NCBI GenBank assembly: GCA_031553035.1 | Contig: JAVBLY010000008.1 | Span: 134,858-198,857 of the forward strand | DNA from: Anaerovoracaceae bacterium | GTDB taxonomy: Bacteria; Bacillota; Clostridia; Peptostreptococcales; Anaerovoracaceae | Reading direction: 5' to 3' | DNA length: 64,000 nucleotides | Part shown: piece after piece, positions 9,436-18,231 of the stretch | Numbering within the stretch: the first letter of the stretch is position 1 | How the letters are laid out: each line of letters opens with the position of its first letter | Notes under the pieces: model-generated | The model's input: the letters and a program-made list of their open reading frames with translations, nothing else | Databases searched by the model: none | Told to the model about the DNA's origin: nothing | Made by a program: the position numbers and the translations under genes

Positions 9436-9943
9436 TGAGAGTGAATCTCCATATACATGCGCATGACTCATCTGTTATATCAGGATAGCAGCTGACACAT
9501 TCTGTTGTAATGCGGTCGTCGATAGTTTTGGCAAATCCTGAATACTCAACTGTACCTACAGGCTTGCACGGATGAAAATCCATACCTTTTCGCTCTCTCG
9601 CCTGCTGTGCTCTACATGTCACTATATTATATGTAAGGGTGTTGCCGTCTCTTGTGATGGATTCTTTGTTCAGGGGAGAATACATCCTGAAATTAAGCGC
9701 CCGTTCAAGACCTTCCAGACCTGAGTTATCCGGCAGATCGAGAAATCTTTTTATGCGGTTTGCTTCTATTACAGTATATTGTTCCCATATATTCATGTCA
9801 TGTTCCATGGCTTCGTCCATGCCGTGTTTATATTCGACGGACTGAAACCAGACACCATCCATAGCCAGCCAGTTTTTGGAAAACTCTTCAATTAGATCAA
9901 GCAGTTTTTCTTTAGGCAGATCTTCGATTTTGTTGTAAGTCAT
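9428..9943 (-). CDS. hypothetical cytosolic protein, DUF6125-like
   Basis: 171 aa. WLAMDGVWFQSVEYKHGMDEAME resembles DUF6125-family proteins from memory. Coding is clear; function is unknown. Confidence 0.5.
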   Translation of the reverse strand: MTYNKIEDLPKEKLLDLIEEFSKNWLAMDGVWFQSVEYKHGMDEAMEHDMNIWEQYTVIEANRIKRFLDLPDNSGLEGLERALNFRMYSPLNKESITRDGNTLTYNIVTCRAQQARERKGMDFHPCKPVGTVEYSGFAKTIDDRITTECVSCYPDITDESCACIWRFTLNE

Positions 9944-10202
9944 GATCGATTCCTTTGTATTTATTAATTCTGAAAAAATTGATTGATGCTATAGATTATA
10001 TCATGTAATGCAAATTGAGTGAAACCCTCGCTTTGTATCGTATAATATAGTGACGGGCAGTTTAGCCCGGCGCCGGCAAGCACTAAAAAGACGTCAATAA
10101 TACCAGCACTGTCGGTTCTTACTAAATCAGAGATTTAGAGAACCTTAGTATGGACCTACCTGCGGTTTCAATAGAAACCGGGTTAGGTCTCAGGAGTCAT
10201 CA

Positions 10203-10760
10203 ATGAAAGATAAAGATCTCATAAAATTGATCCAACAAGACCCGGAGCGTGGTATCGCACTGGCTGTTGATTTATACGGCAGTGTTACCAAAGCGGTATG
10301 TAACAGTATATTGCAAGGATTCAATCGTGACGAGATCGAAGAGGCATGGGGAGATACATTTGTGAAACTCTGGAAAAATGCCGATAAATTCGATCCGGGG
10401 AAAAAGACAAGCCTCAAAACATATATTGGGACCATAGCCAGAAATGTCGCTCTGGATGTGAGGAGAAAAAGTAATAGAAACACGTTTGTCGAACTGGAGG
10501 AGGACAGCATCATCGATGTATCAATAAATATCGATGATGATTATGCCAGAAAACAAAACGAAGAGATCCTGCATGGTGCAGTTGACGCAATGGATGAGCC
10601 GGATAGAAGTATTTTTATATTAAGATTTTTCTATGCTAATTCGGTCAAGGATATTGCAGAAAAATTAGCCATAAAGCCGAAGCAAGTGGAAAATATATTG
10701 TTCCGCAGGAAAGCCGCATTAAAAGATGTGCTGATGGAAGGAGGCATATTAAATGACTAA
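10203..10760 (+). CDS. ECF-type sigma-70 family RNA polymerase sigma factor (module 1)
   Basis: 185 aa. Region 2 (DTFVKLWKNADKFD, YIGTIARNVALD) and region 4 HTH (SVKDIAEKLAIKPKQVENILFRRKAALK). Confidence 0.85.
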   Translation: MKDKDLIKLIQQDPERGIALAVDLYGSVTKAVCNSILQGFNRDEIEEAWGDTFVKLWKNADKFDPGKKTSLKTYIGTIARNVALDVRRKSNRNTFVELEEDSIIDVSINIDDDYARKQNEEILHGAVDAMDEPDRSIFILRFFYANSVKDIAEKLAIKPKQVENILFRRKAALKDVLMEGGILND

Positions 10761-11826
10761 ACTAACAGATATGATAAATAAACTCACGGAGTCTGAAATG
10801 GATGATAAAGTTTTAGATAGTTTTGAAATGACAAAGGAAGAAAAAGAAAGAACTGCCGGGCTTGCTCTTAATAAAATAAGAGCAGAGAAAGAAGCATCCG
10901 GTGCAGCCAAAGGCAAAATACAAGAATCAGGTGGAAAAGTGATTGGATTCGGTAAAAGGTGGAGCCGTAAATTTGTTGCTGTGGCAGCAGCGATGGTAGT
11001 TGTTCTGGCATTCGGAGTGGTCGCATATGCGAATGGGTGGTTCAATTTGGGAGTAATCGATGATGGCTATGATAAATATGAATTGACTGCTGTAGAAGAT
11101 TCAGCACAATATAAAGCGGCGAAAGAAGTTATGGATTATGACAATAGTCTTTCAAACGAAGAACTCGTTGCTCGGGATAATGGCAAGTTTGAGGACACAG
11201 GAAAAACAAATGATAAGGAAAAATCAATTACCTTTAGAGCGCCAAGTGAAAAAGAAAATGAAGTGCTAAAGAAATATGATTTAAAGTTTGAGAGAACCCA
11301 TTATTATGTTGATTCCGCTAAAAAAGCATTTGATGAAGTGGGCATAGCAAATTTCTTAGGAGATTTTTGGGATATTAACGAACTAGAATCAAATGATAAT
11401 TATGTTTATGACGACGGATATATCTATACAGATATGGGTTCTGTTACAGTTATGGGAGGCGGAGAAACATCAGACGATCCGGTGTATTGGGAAATGCATT
11501 TGACTCCCAGAAACGTATATATTTCTCCTTGGAGCGCATTTGTCAGTTCAAGTGAAAGGGAAAACCCTGAGTTAGCTGAATGGGATTTTACTACCGATGA
11601 CGGTTACTATGTAAAGGCAGCATCGTATAAAGTAAATATGCCGACTACGCTTGAAAATGGAGAAACTGAAAAACGAGCTTACAGGAACTTTCATTTTTTA
11701 TTGATCACAGAAACTCATACTATGGATATGTATTATGATATTTGGATCGATGACAAAGACAATGACATGTCAAATAAAGAGTTTGAAAAGATGATAGACA
11801 AGTTCGATTTTTCCAAGCTTGGATGA
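10753..11826 (+). CDS. single-pass membrane protein, putative anti-sigma factor (module 1)
   Basis: Start overlaps the sigma stop (ATGACTAA). About 75-aa cytoplasmic N-terminus, TM FVAVAAAMVVVLAFGVVAYA, and an ~260-aa external domain. Paralog of 12547..13515. Confidence 0.6.
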   Translation: MTKLTDMINKLTESEMDDKVLDSFEMTKEEKERTAGLALNKIRAEKEASGAAKGKIQESGGKVIGFGKRWSRKFVAVAAAMVVVLAFGVVAYANGWFNLGVIDDGYDKYELTAVEDSAQYKAAKEVMDYDNSLSNEELVARDNGKFEDTGKTNDKEKSITFRAPSEKENEVLKKYDLKFERTHYYVDSAKKAFDEVGIANFLGDFWDINELESNDNYVYDDGYIYTDMGSVTVMGGGETSDDPVYWEMHLTPRNVYISPWSAFVSSSERENPELAEWDFTTDDGYYVKAASYKVNMPTTLENGETEKRAYRNFHFLLITETHTMDMYYDIWIDDKDNDMSNKEFEKMIDKFDFSKLG

Positions 11827-11854
11827 AATATTTGAAATACCTAAGTAAGCAGAG

Positions 11855-11882
11855 AAGGATCGGTTCACCGGTCTTTTTCTTG
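11855..11882 (+). terminator. weak intrinsic terminator between the two ECF modules
   Basis: AAGGATCGG ttca CCGGTCTTT stem (two G-U pairs) followed by TTTTTCTT. Confidence 0.5.
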
Positions 11883-12014
11883 TATTTGGAAGAACACTGC
11901 AAGTATAATGGGAGGAGTCAAACCCAAATCCAGACATGAAAACTTTTCTAATATGTCACATTTTTTCCGGGTGAACCGTGATATAAGTGAGACATGTTTC
12001 AGAGAGGAGTTCAA

Positions 12015-12557
12015 ATGATTGAAAAAGCATATTCGGTCATTGATGAAGATGAATTAAAAGAGATTATGGATTCGTATACTGAGCCGCTGCTTAAGTATTC
12101 ATACGGCATTTTGTGCAATTACGCCGATGCCGAGGACGCTGTTCAGGTGACTTTTATTAAGCTGTACGACCATCAGAAAAAAATCGACCTTAATAAAAGC
12201 TTAAAAGCATATTTATACAAAATTGCTTTTAATACCTGCATCGATATCAGCCGAAAAAATAAAAAAATCGTGTTATTTGGCGACACCAGCTATGAAGAGT
12301 CATATGTGGAAGAAGAGTATGACATAGATTTTCCTGCGGAATTAAAAAAAGCATTGCTTTCACTAAAGCCCGTGGACAGGGGACTCATTGTAAATCGTAT
12401 CGTAAACGATATGAGCTACAGAGAGATGAGTGAGCTGTACGGGAAGTCGGAAACATCACTGAGAAAAAGATATGAACGTGCCCGCACAAAGATAGCTAAA
12501 CTATACGATTTTGACAAAGAGAATGTGTTCAGGGAAGGAGTTTGTAATGAGCGATAA
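12015..12557 (+). CDS. ECF-type sigma-70 family sigma factor (module 2)
   Basis: Region 2 (AEDAVQVTFIKLY, YLYKIAFNTCIDISR) and region 4 (MSYREMSELYGKSETSLRKRYERARTKI). AGAGGAG lies before the ATG at 12015. Confidence 0.85.
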   Translation: MIEKAYSVIDEDELKEIMDSYTEPLLKYSYGILCNYADAEDAVQVTFIKLYDHQKKIDLNKSLKAYLYKIAFNTCIDISRKNKKIVLFGDTSYEESYVEEEYDIDFPAELKKALLSLKPVDRGLIVNRIVNDMSYREMSELYGKSETSLRKRYERARTKIAKLYDFDKENVFREGVCNER

Positions 12558-13515
12558 GCATATAAAAGATGCGTTTGACAGCATCAGTGTAAATAAAGAA
12601 AAAATCGATAAGGCAGTTGTTTCAGAGGTATCAGGCATGAGGGCCGGAACAAAAGCCGTTAAGTACGGGAAAGTTGCAAGCCGAAAATCCATTGCAATAG
12701 CTGCGGCAATGGTTGTGGTATTGGCGTTTGGTGCAGTTATTTATGAAACCGGATTGTTTGATCTTGGTAAATTAAATGATCCACACAATTCAGGTTTGGA
12801 ATATGAATATCCGGCACTTGAAGAATCAAATCAATATAAAGCCGCATTGGAATACAACAAGTATCTGGATAGCTTGTCTCAAAAAGAGAAACACGAATTA
12901 TTTAGTAATAACGATAATGTATTTATTATGGATGAAGAAACAGGAGTTATGACAAGTACAGGACCTAATGAAAAGCTTAAAGAGATTTTAAAGAAGCATA
13001 ACCTTAAATATGATCTTAAGGAGTTTACAAACATACCATCGGTACAAATTGCCGCTGAAAAAACAGGTTTATCTGGATTTTCTGATGACTTTATCGATAA
13101 ATATGACGATGGCAAGGGTGGCTACAAATATACGGAAAATGGTAAACTGATGATGCATAATCATATGGCACCGAATTATTGGGAATTGGTGTGTTGCCCC
13201 AATGATGTGTTTATTGGTGAGGAAGCTTTTAACTATCCAAATAGTGAGAGAGAAAAAGGAACGGAAGAAGAGTGGTTCTATTTAACAAAGGATGGTCATG
13301 AAATTAAATGCGCAACATATAAAATCAAGGGGGCATACGAAGATGGAAAAGGGAATGAAACCCCTGCTATGATGAGAGTATTCCTTTCTATTATGATTAC
13401 TGATGAGTATACCTTTATGTTTAATTATGATAAGACAATAGAAGATACATCTGATATGACGAAGTCAGAATTCGAAGAAATACTTGAACTCTTTGATTAC
13501 TCTAAGCTAGATTAA
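12547..13515 (+). CDS. single-pass membrane protein, putative anti-sigma factor (module 2)
   Basis: Overlaps the sigma stop. TM IAIAAAMVVVLAFGAVIY is near-identical to module 1. Shared blocks: QYKAA, L(K)KYDLK, and the C-terminal FE.(I/M).(K/L)FD(F/Y)SKL. Confidence 0.6.
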   Translation: MSDKHIKDAFDSISVNKEKIDKAVVSEVSGMRAGTKAVKYGKVASRKSIAIAAAMVVVLAFGAVIYETGLFDLGKLNDPHNSGLEYEYPALEESNQYKAALEYNKYLDSLSQKEKHELFSNNDNVFIMDEETGVMTSTGPNEKLKEILKKHNLKYDLKEFTNIPSVQIAAEKTGLSGFSDDFIDKYDDGKGGYKYTENGKLMMHNHMAPNYWELVCCPNDVFIGEEAFNYPNSEREKGTEEEWFYLTKDGHEIKCATYKIKGAYEDGKGNETPAMMRVFLSIMITDEYTFMFNYDKTIEDTSDMTKSEFEEILELFDYSKLD

Positions 13516-13638
13516 GCTTGATACCATAAAATAATCACTGATCTGGTTAATAACGGTGAAGTTATAGTAAAAAGCATTTAGTGCCCTGCAATACATAGTC
13601 ATTAAATAATCTTATCCGCGAGAATGTATGGTATCAAC

Positions 13639-13668
13639 AAAGCCCCTAAAATGGGGGCTTTATTTTTC
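13639..13668 (+). terminator. intrinsic terminator
   Basis: AAGCCCC taaaat GGGGCTT followed by TATTTTT. Confidence 0.8.
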
Positions 13669-13751
13669 TGTTTGGAAATTTTCTTGATTTATGACAAAAA
13701 TATAATTGACCAAAATGGTAATATATGGTATTTTCTACCAGGAGGCAAATA

Positions 13752-14810
13752 ATGGAAAAAATTACCATTTGTATTATAGATAAAGATGAGACCTATAAAA
13801 CAGCCCTTATGGAGTTTATGAAATCCTATTGTCGTAATTATGTTGTGAGCATACCTGTGCTTGAGAACGCCGAAAAAGAGCAGGTACAGGATGTTATTTC
13901 GTCAAATGATATCCTTCTTATCAGTTACGATTATCTGGAAGTTTTTAAAAAAGTAGCGTCCAATGATTTTGCTGCCAAGACCATTGTTCTTTTGGAAAGT
14001 TTTGCAAAGTGGGATGAAAAGCATACTGAGGGATTAAATATTGTTTCGAAATATACTGATATCAAAAAGATAATCAATTATATCGACAATCACTATTATG
14101 AGCTTAATTCAAGCTCTGTTCATATGAAAAAATCCATAACAAAACTTGTGATCTGCCTTGGACTTTCAGGCGGTTCGGGAGTATCCTCCATATCCGAAGG
14201 CATCGCATCCGAGCTTTCGAAATACAGGGGACGAAGAGTCTTTTTTTTCAGCCTGGATCAATTTGAGCCTGAATTGAATAATTTGGGACAGGAAACGCAA
14301 GAGCGCATTATATACTCACTGATAAATAACGATTTTTCAAATGATAAGAAGATATTCGAAAACAGCATGGTCGAGACAGCGGATGGCGTCTGGAGAATGC
14401 CGGTGTCCAGTCACAGGAATGTATTTTACGAATTAGAGCTAAAAGAGAAGAAGAAGTATATTAAGGAAGTCACTGCAAACAATAAATTTGATTATATAGT
14501 CATTGATTGCGGCAACAGGCTTGATGAATTTGCGGATTACCTGATCGGGAATTCGGACGATATAATCATCGTCGACGCCCATATGAGTATCAAGAATCGG
14601 TTTATGACAGGGCTGATCGACTTTGTGAATGAGGTCAAGATGAACGATCACGAATGTATTTTGGTTGAAAACTTTATGGAAAGTGACCATACACAGACTT
14701 ACGAGAGCGCACTGCCAATCAGCTGCTGTCAAAGATCAAAAGATATGCCTATTACCGGAGATATCAAATTCTGCTCGGATATAAAGAACATTGTGGATTA
14801 CATAGGATAG
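13752..14810 (+). CDS. CpaE/TadZ-like pilus-assembly protein (receiver-like N-domain plus degenerate ParA/MinD-like domain)
   Basis: Sits immediately upstream of cpaF. N-terminus ITICIIDKDETYK is receiver-like. The P-loop position reads GLSGGSGVSS, with no lysine. AGGAGG RBS. Confidence 0.55.
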   Translation: MEKITICIIDKDETYKTALMEFMKSYCRNYVVSIPVLENAEKEQVQDVISSNDILLISYDYLEVFKKVASNDFAAKTIVLLESFAKWDEKHTEGLNIVSKYTDIKKIINYIDNHYYELNSSSVHMKKSITKLVICLGLSGGSGVSSISEGIASELSKYRGRRVFFFSLDQFEPELNNLGQETQERIIYSLINNDFSNDKKIFENSMVETADGVWRMPVSSHRNVFYELELKEKKKYIKEVTANNKFDYIVIDCGNRLDEFADYLIGNSDDIIIVDAHMSIKNRFMTGLIDFVNEVKMNDHECILVENFMESDHTQTYESALPISCCQRSKDMPITGDIKFCSDIKNIVDYIG

Positions 14811-14812
14811 CC

Positions 14813-16015
14813 ATGGATAAAAACAAAATAATCAAAGAAAAGACAGAGATCATAAGAGAAAACATCAGGCAGAACATCTCAGGGAAAAGTGATGAAGATG
14901 TAATGACTCTCATCGAAGAAGAGGTGCTTAATGATCATAAGCTTGCCGTCATTTCTCTGAGAGAAAAAACAGAGATCATCAAAAACGTTTTTTATAAAAC
15001 AAGAAGAGACCTGAATATTTTGGAAGCCTATGCCTTTGACGACAAGGTCTCGGAGATAATGGTCAACGGCAAGGATTCCATTTTTATTGAGCGTGACGGT
15101 GCTGTCATAGAGATTTGCGAACAGTTCGATTCTACAGTGGAGTTGGAAGATGTGATCAGAAGGATCGGCTCAAAGGTCCACCGGGAAATAAATGAGATGA
15201 CACCCATCTTGGATGCCAGACTTGAAGACGGCTCCAGAGTGAATGCCGTGTATAAGAATATTGCCCTAAACGGACCGATCCTGACGATCAGGCGATTCCC
15301 CACAACCAGAATAATGATGACAGATCTTCTTGAGTTTGAAACAATTACAAAAGAAGCTGCCGATTTTCTAAAGAAACTGGTAGAAGGGGCATATAACATC
15401 TTTATCAGCGGCGGTACCAGTTCGGGGAAAACCACTTTTTTAAATGTCCTCTCAAACTACATCCCAAAAGACGAGAGGGTCATAGTGATTGAGGATTCGG
15501 CGGAGCTTCAGATCACGGAGATCGACAATATAGTGCGGCTCGAATGCAAGAATGCCAATGTTCAGGGTAGGGGCGCCATAGTAATGAAAGACCTGATCAA
15601 AACCAGCTTGAGGATGCGCCCCAACAGGATCATCGTCGGGGAGGTTAGGGGAGAAGAAGTGCTTGATATGATACAAGCTATGAACACCGGTCATGACGGT
15701 TCATTATCAACCGGCCACGGCAACTCCCCCAAAGGTATGCTCCACAGGCTTGAGGCCATGTTCCTGCAGGCAGCGGATTTTCCAATTGAAGCCATCAGGA
15801 GGCAGATCGTTGAGGGGATCGATATCATGGTTCATCTCGGAAGGCTTTCAGACAAAAAACGTGTGGTTCTTGATATTTCGGAGATAGAGACAATAGAAAA
15901 TGGTGAAATCAAGATCAATCAGCTGTTTAAGTATTCTGTGAACAGCGGACTGACGAGGACCAGGAATCCGGTGAAAAACACATTGAAGCTAGAACTTAAA
16001 GGAATAACATTATGA
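14813..16015 (+). CDS. CpaF/TadA-family secretion ATPase
   Basis: Walker A GGTSSGKTT, VIVIEDSAEL, RMRPNRIIVGEVRG, and the His box TGHDGSLST. Confidence 0.9.
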   Translation: MDKNKIIKEKTEIIRENIRQNISGKSDEDVMTLIEEEVLNDHKLAVISLREKTEIIKNVFYKTRRDLNILEAYAFDDKVSEIMVNGKDSIFIERDGAVIEICEQFDSTVELEDVIRRIGSKVHREINEMTPILDARLEDGSRVNAVYKNIALNGPILTIRRFPTTRIMMTDLLEFETITKEAADFLKKLVEGAYNIFISGGTSSGKTTFLNVLSNYIPKDERVIVIEDSAELQITEIDNIVRLECKNANVQGRGAIVMKDLIKTSLRMRPNRIIVGEVRGEEVLDMIQAMNTGHDGSLSTGHGNSPKGMLHRLEAMFLQAADFPIEAIRRQIVEGIDIMVHLGRLSDKKRVVLDISEIETIENGEIKINQLFKYSVNSGLTRTRNPVKNTLKLELKGITL

Positions 16016-16812
16016 AAATCCAGAAAATATTTACTAAAAGAAGAGAACCCGAGCTTCAGTCTGATGTGCCTGACAGTTATGATAATTACATTCTCACACC
16101 GGCTGATCAGAAAAAGTTCTATCCGGTGGCATCACTGGCACTGTTCATCACCGGAATGCTGTTTTACAAGAGCATAATCTTATCTCTGATCCTCATATTG
16201 GCAGTCATACCCATAAGGAAGTACTATGCCAAGATCATTGCAGAAAAGAGAAAATCCGAGCTTACAATTCAGTTTAAAGATCTTCTTTATTCAATATCGG
16301 CTTCATTTGCCACAGGTAGAAGTATGACTTCGGCACTTGAAGAAGCATATGAGAACTTACGCCTTATTTACAAAGAAAACGACATCATCATGGTCGAAGT
16401 CAAATATATGTGTGACTGCCTTATTAACAACAAAGAAAATGAGGAAGATGTTCTTCTGGCTTTCGCCGAAAGGAGCGGAATCGAAGACATCATCAATTTT
16501 ATGGATGTCTATCTAACATGCAGAAGCACAGGCGGTGATATCCAAAAGGTCGTTAACGAAGCTGCAGCTGTGATCGCTGACAGGATCGATATTGAAAAAG
16601 AGATAAATACAATAACAGCGCAGAAGAAATATGAAGCAAAGATATTAACATTCATACCCCTGGCGCTCATCGCCTTTCTCCAGCTGACATCGCCTGATTA
16701 CATAGATCCGCTTTACTCCACAATTCAGGGGAAGCTGATCATGACAGGCGCAATCGGAATGATAGTCGTAGCCTTCCTCTGGAGTATGAAGATCACTGAG
16801 ATTGAGGTTTGA
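16012..16812 (+). CDS. TadB-like type II secretion system F-family membrane protein
   Basis: Overlaps the cpaF stop. Polytopic, with T2SSF-like helices. Position is typical of tadB. Confidence 0.7.
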   Translation: MKIQKIFTKRREPELQSDVPDSYDNYILTPADQKKFYPVASLALFITGMLFYKSIILSLILILAVIPIRKYYAKIIAEKRKSELTIQFKDLLYSISASFATGRSMTSALEEAYENLRLIYKENDIIMVEVKYMCDCLINNKENEEDVLLAFAERSGIEDIINFMDVYLTCRSTGGDIQKVVNEAAAVIADRIDIEKEINTITAQKKYEAKILTFIPLALIAFLQLTSPDYIDPLYSTIQGKLIMTGAIGMIVVAFLWSMKITEIEV

Positions 16813-16814
16813 TC

Positions 16815-18194
16815 ATGAAGGGAACAATGCAATCAAAAAAGAAAAGAATAAATGAAATAATAAATAATCTGGCGGATTCGCTTCCTGAAAAGCTTACAGG
16901 CAACAGGGAATCCATGTCCCAGAAATATTCAGCCATATACAGCAGAAGCAAGGCTCAGGAAATGGTGATAAGTACCAGCAGGCGAAACGGTAAACTATAT
17001 CTTCTTGTGATCGCCATCTTCATAACCATAATACTCACAGCTGTCATAAAAACGATACTCGGTCCCGAGGCGCTTATGGACCTTTCCCGATCCTCATACG
17101 AAGGTGACAACAAGATTTTGTCTGCTGAGATCGAAGCAAAATATAACGGTGAAACTCAGAAAAAAGATGCTGATATTACTATACAGCCGAAAGGGCTTAC
17201 CAAAAAGGAAAAGAAAACAAGGATAAGGAACACAAAGAAAAATCTACATAAGATCATTCTCGGCAATAATTCAAGTCTAAGCAATATAACGTCCAGACTG
17301 GAACTTGTTACAGTGGATCCTTCTACAGGCGTGGAAATATCTTGGAAATCAGATAACGAAGTGCTCATCGACAATGACGGTATAGTCAATCCCCTTATCT
17401 CTTATGGGAATGAAAAAGTAGTTCTGGATGCTCAACTGAGGATCGAGGATGTGGCAGACAGTATTAAGGTCAATGTCACTCTGGGAAAACCGGAAACAGG
17501 GAAAGAACTGAGTGATGCCATGGAAGCCAGTGTCAACAATACCATAAATAATTTAAGCGAAAGCGACACCGGCAAGAAGCTGGTTCTCCCCGATAAAACA
17601 CAGGAAGGCGTCAGTCTGAAGTGGAAACAAAAAGAAGAAACGGGTGTAGTTCTTCAACTGGCAATGGTTTTGTTGATCGGGTTATGCATTTATTACAGCA
17701 GGTACAGCACTCTCAACAAAAAGATCAAGGAAACAAGAGACAGTATACTTAGAGATTTTCCTGATTTTATAAATAAGCTGGTTCTTCTTTTGAATGCCGG
17801 ACTGGTTGTGACGGCTGCATTTGAGAAGATATCCTATGATTATAGGAATCGTTTTAACAAAGGGAAAAGAAAACATCTTTACGAAGAATTTTGCGCTATG
17901 GAAGACAATATCAAGTCGGCGAATTCCGGTTTTCTGGTCGAGCTTAATGAAATCGCTCAGAGAAGCGGCGTTAGAGATGTGATGAGATTCAATACCATAA
18001 TAATAGACAACATCGATAAGGGCAGTGCATTGGTAGACAAGCTTCAAAGTGAAAGTCAGATTCTTTGGACAGGCAGGATAAAAATGGCAGAGGAAAAAGG
18101 CAGACTGGCCGAGACTAAACTGACATTCCCCATGGTTCTTCAGTTATTGGTGTTGATAATTATAACTATAGCGCCGGCAGCTATGGAAATGTAG
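16815..18194 (+). CDS. TadC-like T2SSF-domain membrane protein with a long N-terminal extension
   Basis: C-terminal ~170 aa (FPDFINKLVLLLNAGL...LTFPMVLQLLVLIIITIAP) is T2SSF-like. It is preceded by TM1, a ~200-aa non-hydrophobic segment, and TM2. Confidence 0.65.
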   Translation: MKGTMQSKKKRINEIINNLADSLPEKLTGNRESMSQKYSAIYSRSKAQEMVISTSRRNGKLYLLVIAIFITIILTAVIKTILGPEALMDLSRSSYEGDNKILSAEIEAKYNGETQKKDADITIQPKGLTKKEKKTRIRNTKKNLHKIILGNNSSLSNITSRLELVTVDPSTGVEISWKSDNEVLIDNDGIVNPLISYGNEKVVLDAQLRIEDVADSIKVNVTLGKPETGKELSDAMEASVNNTINNLSESDTGKKLVLPDKTQEGVSLKWKQKEETGVVLQLAMVLLIGLCIYYSRYSTLNKKIKETRDSILRDFPDFINKLVLLLNAGLVVTAAFEKISYDYRNRFNKGKRKHLYEEFCAMEDNIKSANSGFLVELNEIAQRSGVRDVMRFNTIIIDNIDKGSALVDKLQSESQILWTGRIKMAEEKGRLAETKLTFPMVLQLLVLIIITIAPAAMEM

Positions 18195-18231
18195 TTATAT
18201 CAAAGTATAGAAGTATAAAGAGGAGGGAAAA

